From NCBI RefSeq assembly GCF_006345805.1, contig NC_043007.1:48546001-48610000 (forward strand): DNA of 64,000 nt, in the 5' to 3' direction. Source of the stretch: Octopus sinensis. Taxonomy: Eukaryota. The translations under genes and the position numbers were made by a program. Below, one piece after another: positions 63,740 to 64,000 of the stretch. The notes beneath the pieces are model-generated. The model did no database searches and had not been told where the DNA came from. It saw nothing but the letters and a program-made list of their open reading frames with translations. Numbering within the stretch: position 1 is the first letter of the stretch; each line of letters begins with the position of its first letter.

Positions 63740-64000
63740 ATTATCATGTACGTGTAGTTAGTACTCTAATTATCTTGTAACTGTAGTACATTCTCCAATC
63801 ATGTGCATATAGTACGTATGCTGATTATCTCATATGTGTAGCCTGTACTTTAATTATTTTGTATGTGTAGTCTGTACTCTGTCTTATACATGTAGCCTAT
63901 ACTCTGATTATATTATACATGTACTCAGATTATTTTATAAAATTAATTAAATAATCTGTACTCAGATAGTTTTATACATACAGTCTGTACTCTAATTATT
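63740..64000. repeat. Degenerate ~30-bp minisatellite
   Basis: Recurring tgtactc(t/a)gatta...ta(c/t)atgtag unit. Confidence 0.55.

Overview
AT-rich eukaryotic DNA, almost certainly from an octopus (inference from its SINE/RTE repeat families and compound (TA)n/(CA)n microsatellites). I recognise no host protein-coding gene; nearly all listed ORFs are microsatellite artefacts or transposon remnants. The window holds 5'-truncated RTE LINEs plus many short copies of their (GAT)n-ending 3' tip, a separate BovB-like RTE end, two CR1/L2-group LINE fragments, a decayed HERO-like (RLE) LINE, a Penelope-like RT fragment and several Penelope-type terminal repeats. It also has three tRNA-derived SINE families, a full-length decayed Tc1/mariner (rosa-like, D..D46D), a Helitron with both ends, several MITEs and a 100-N gap. 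Best leads: (1) minimal hammerhead-ribozyme motifs in the Penelope-type repeats, next to long fold-back palindromes; (2) pre-miRNA-like hairpins in a CpG-retaining block at ~38.7-42.2 kb; (3) two minus-strand exon candidates whose joined frame is broken only by two UAG codons; (4) a 3' tail shared between a LINE and the CORE-SINE family. All coordinates were read by eye, so repeat boundaries are approximate.
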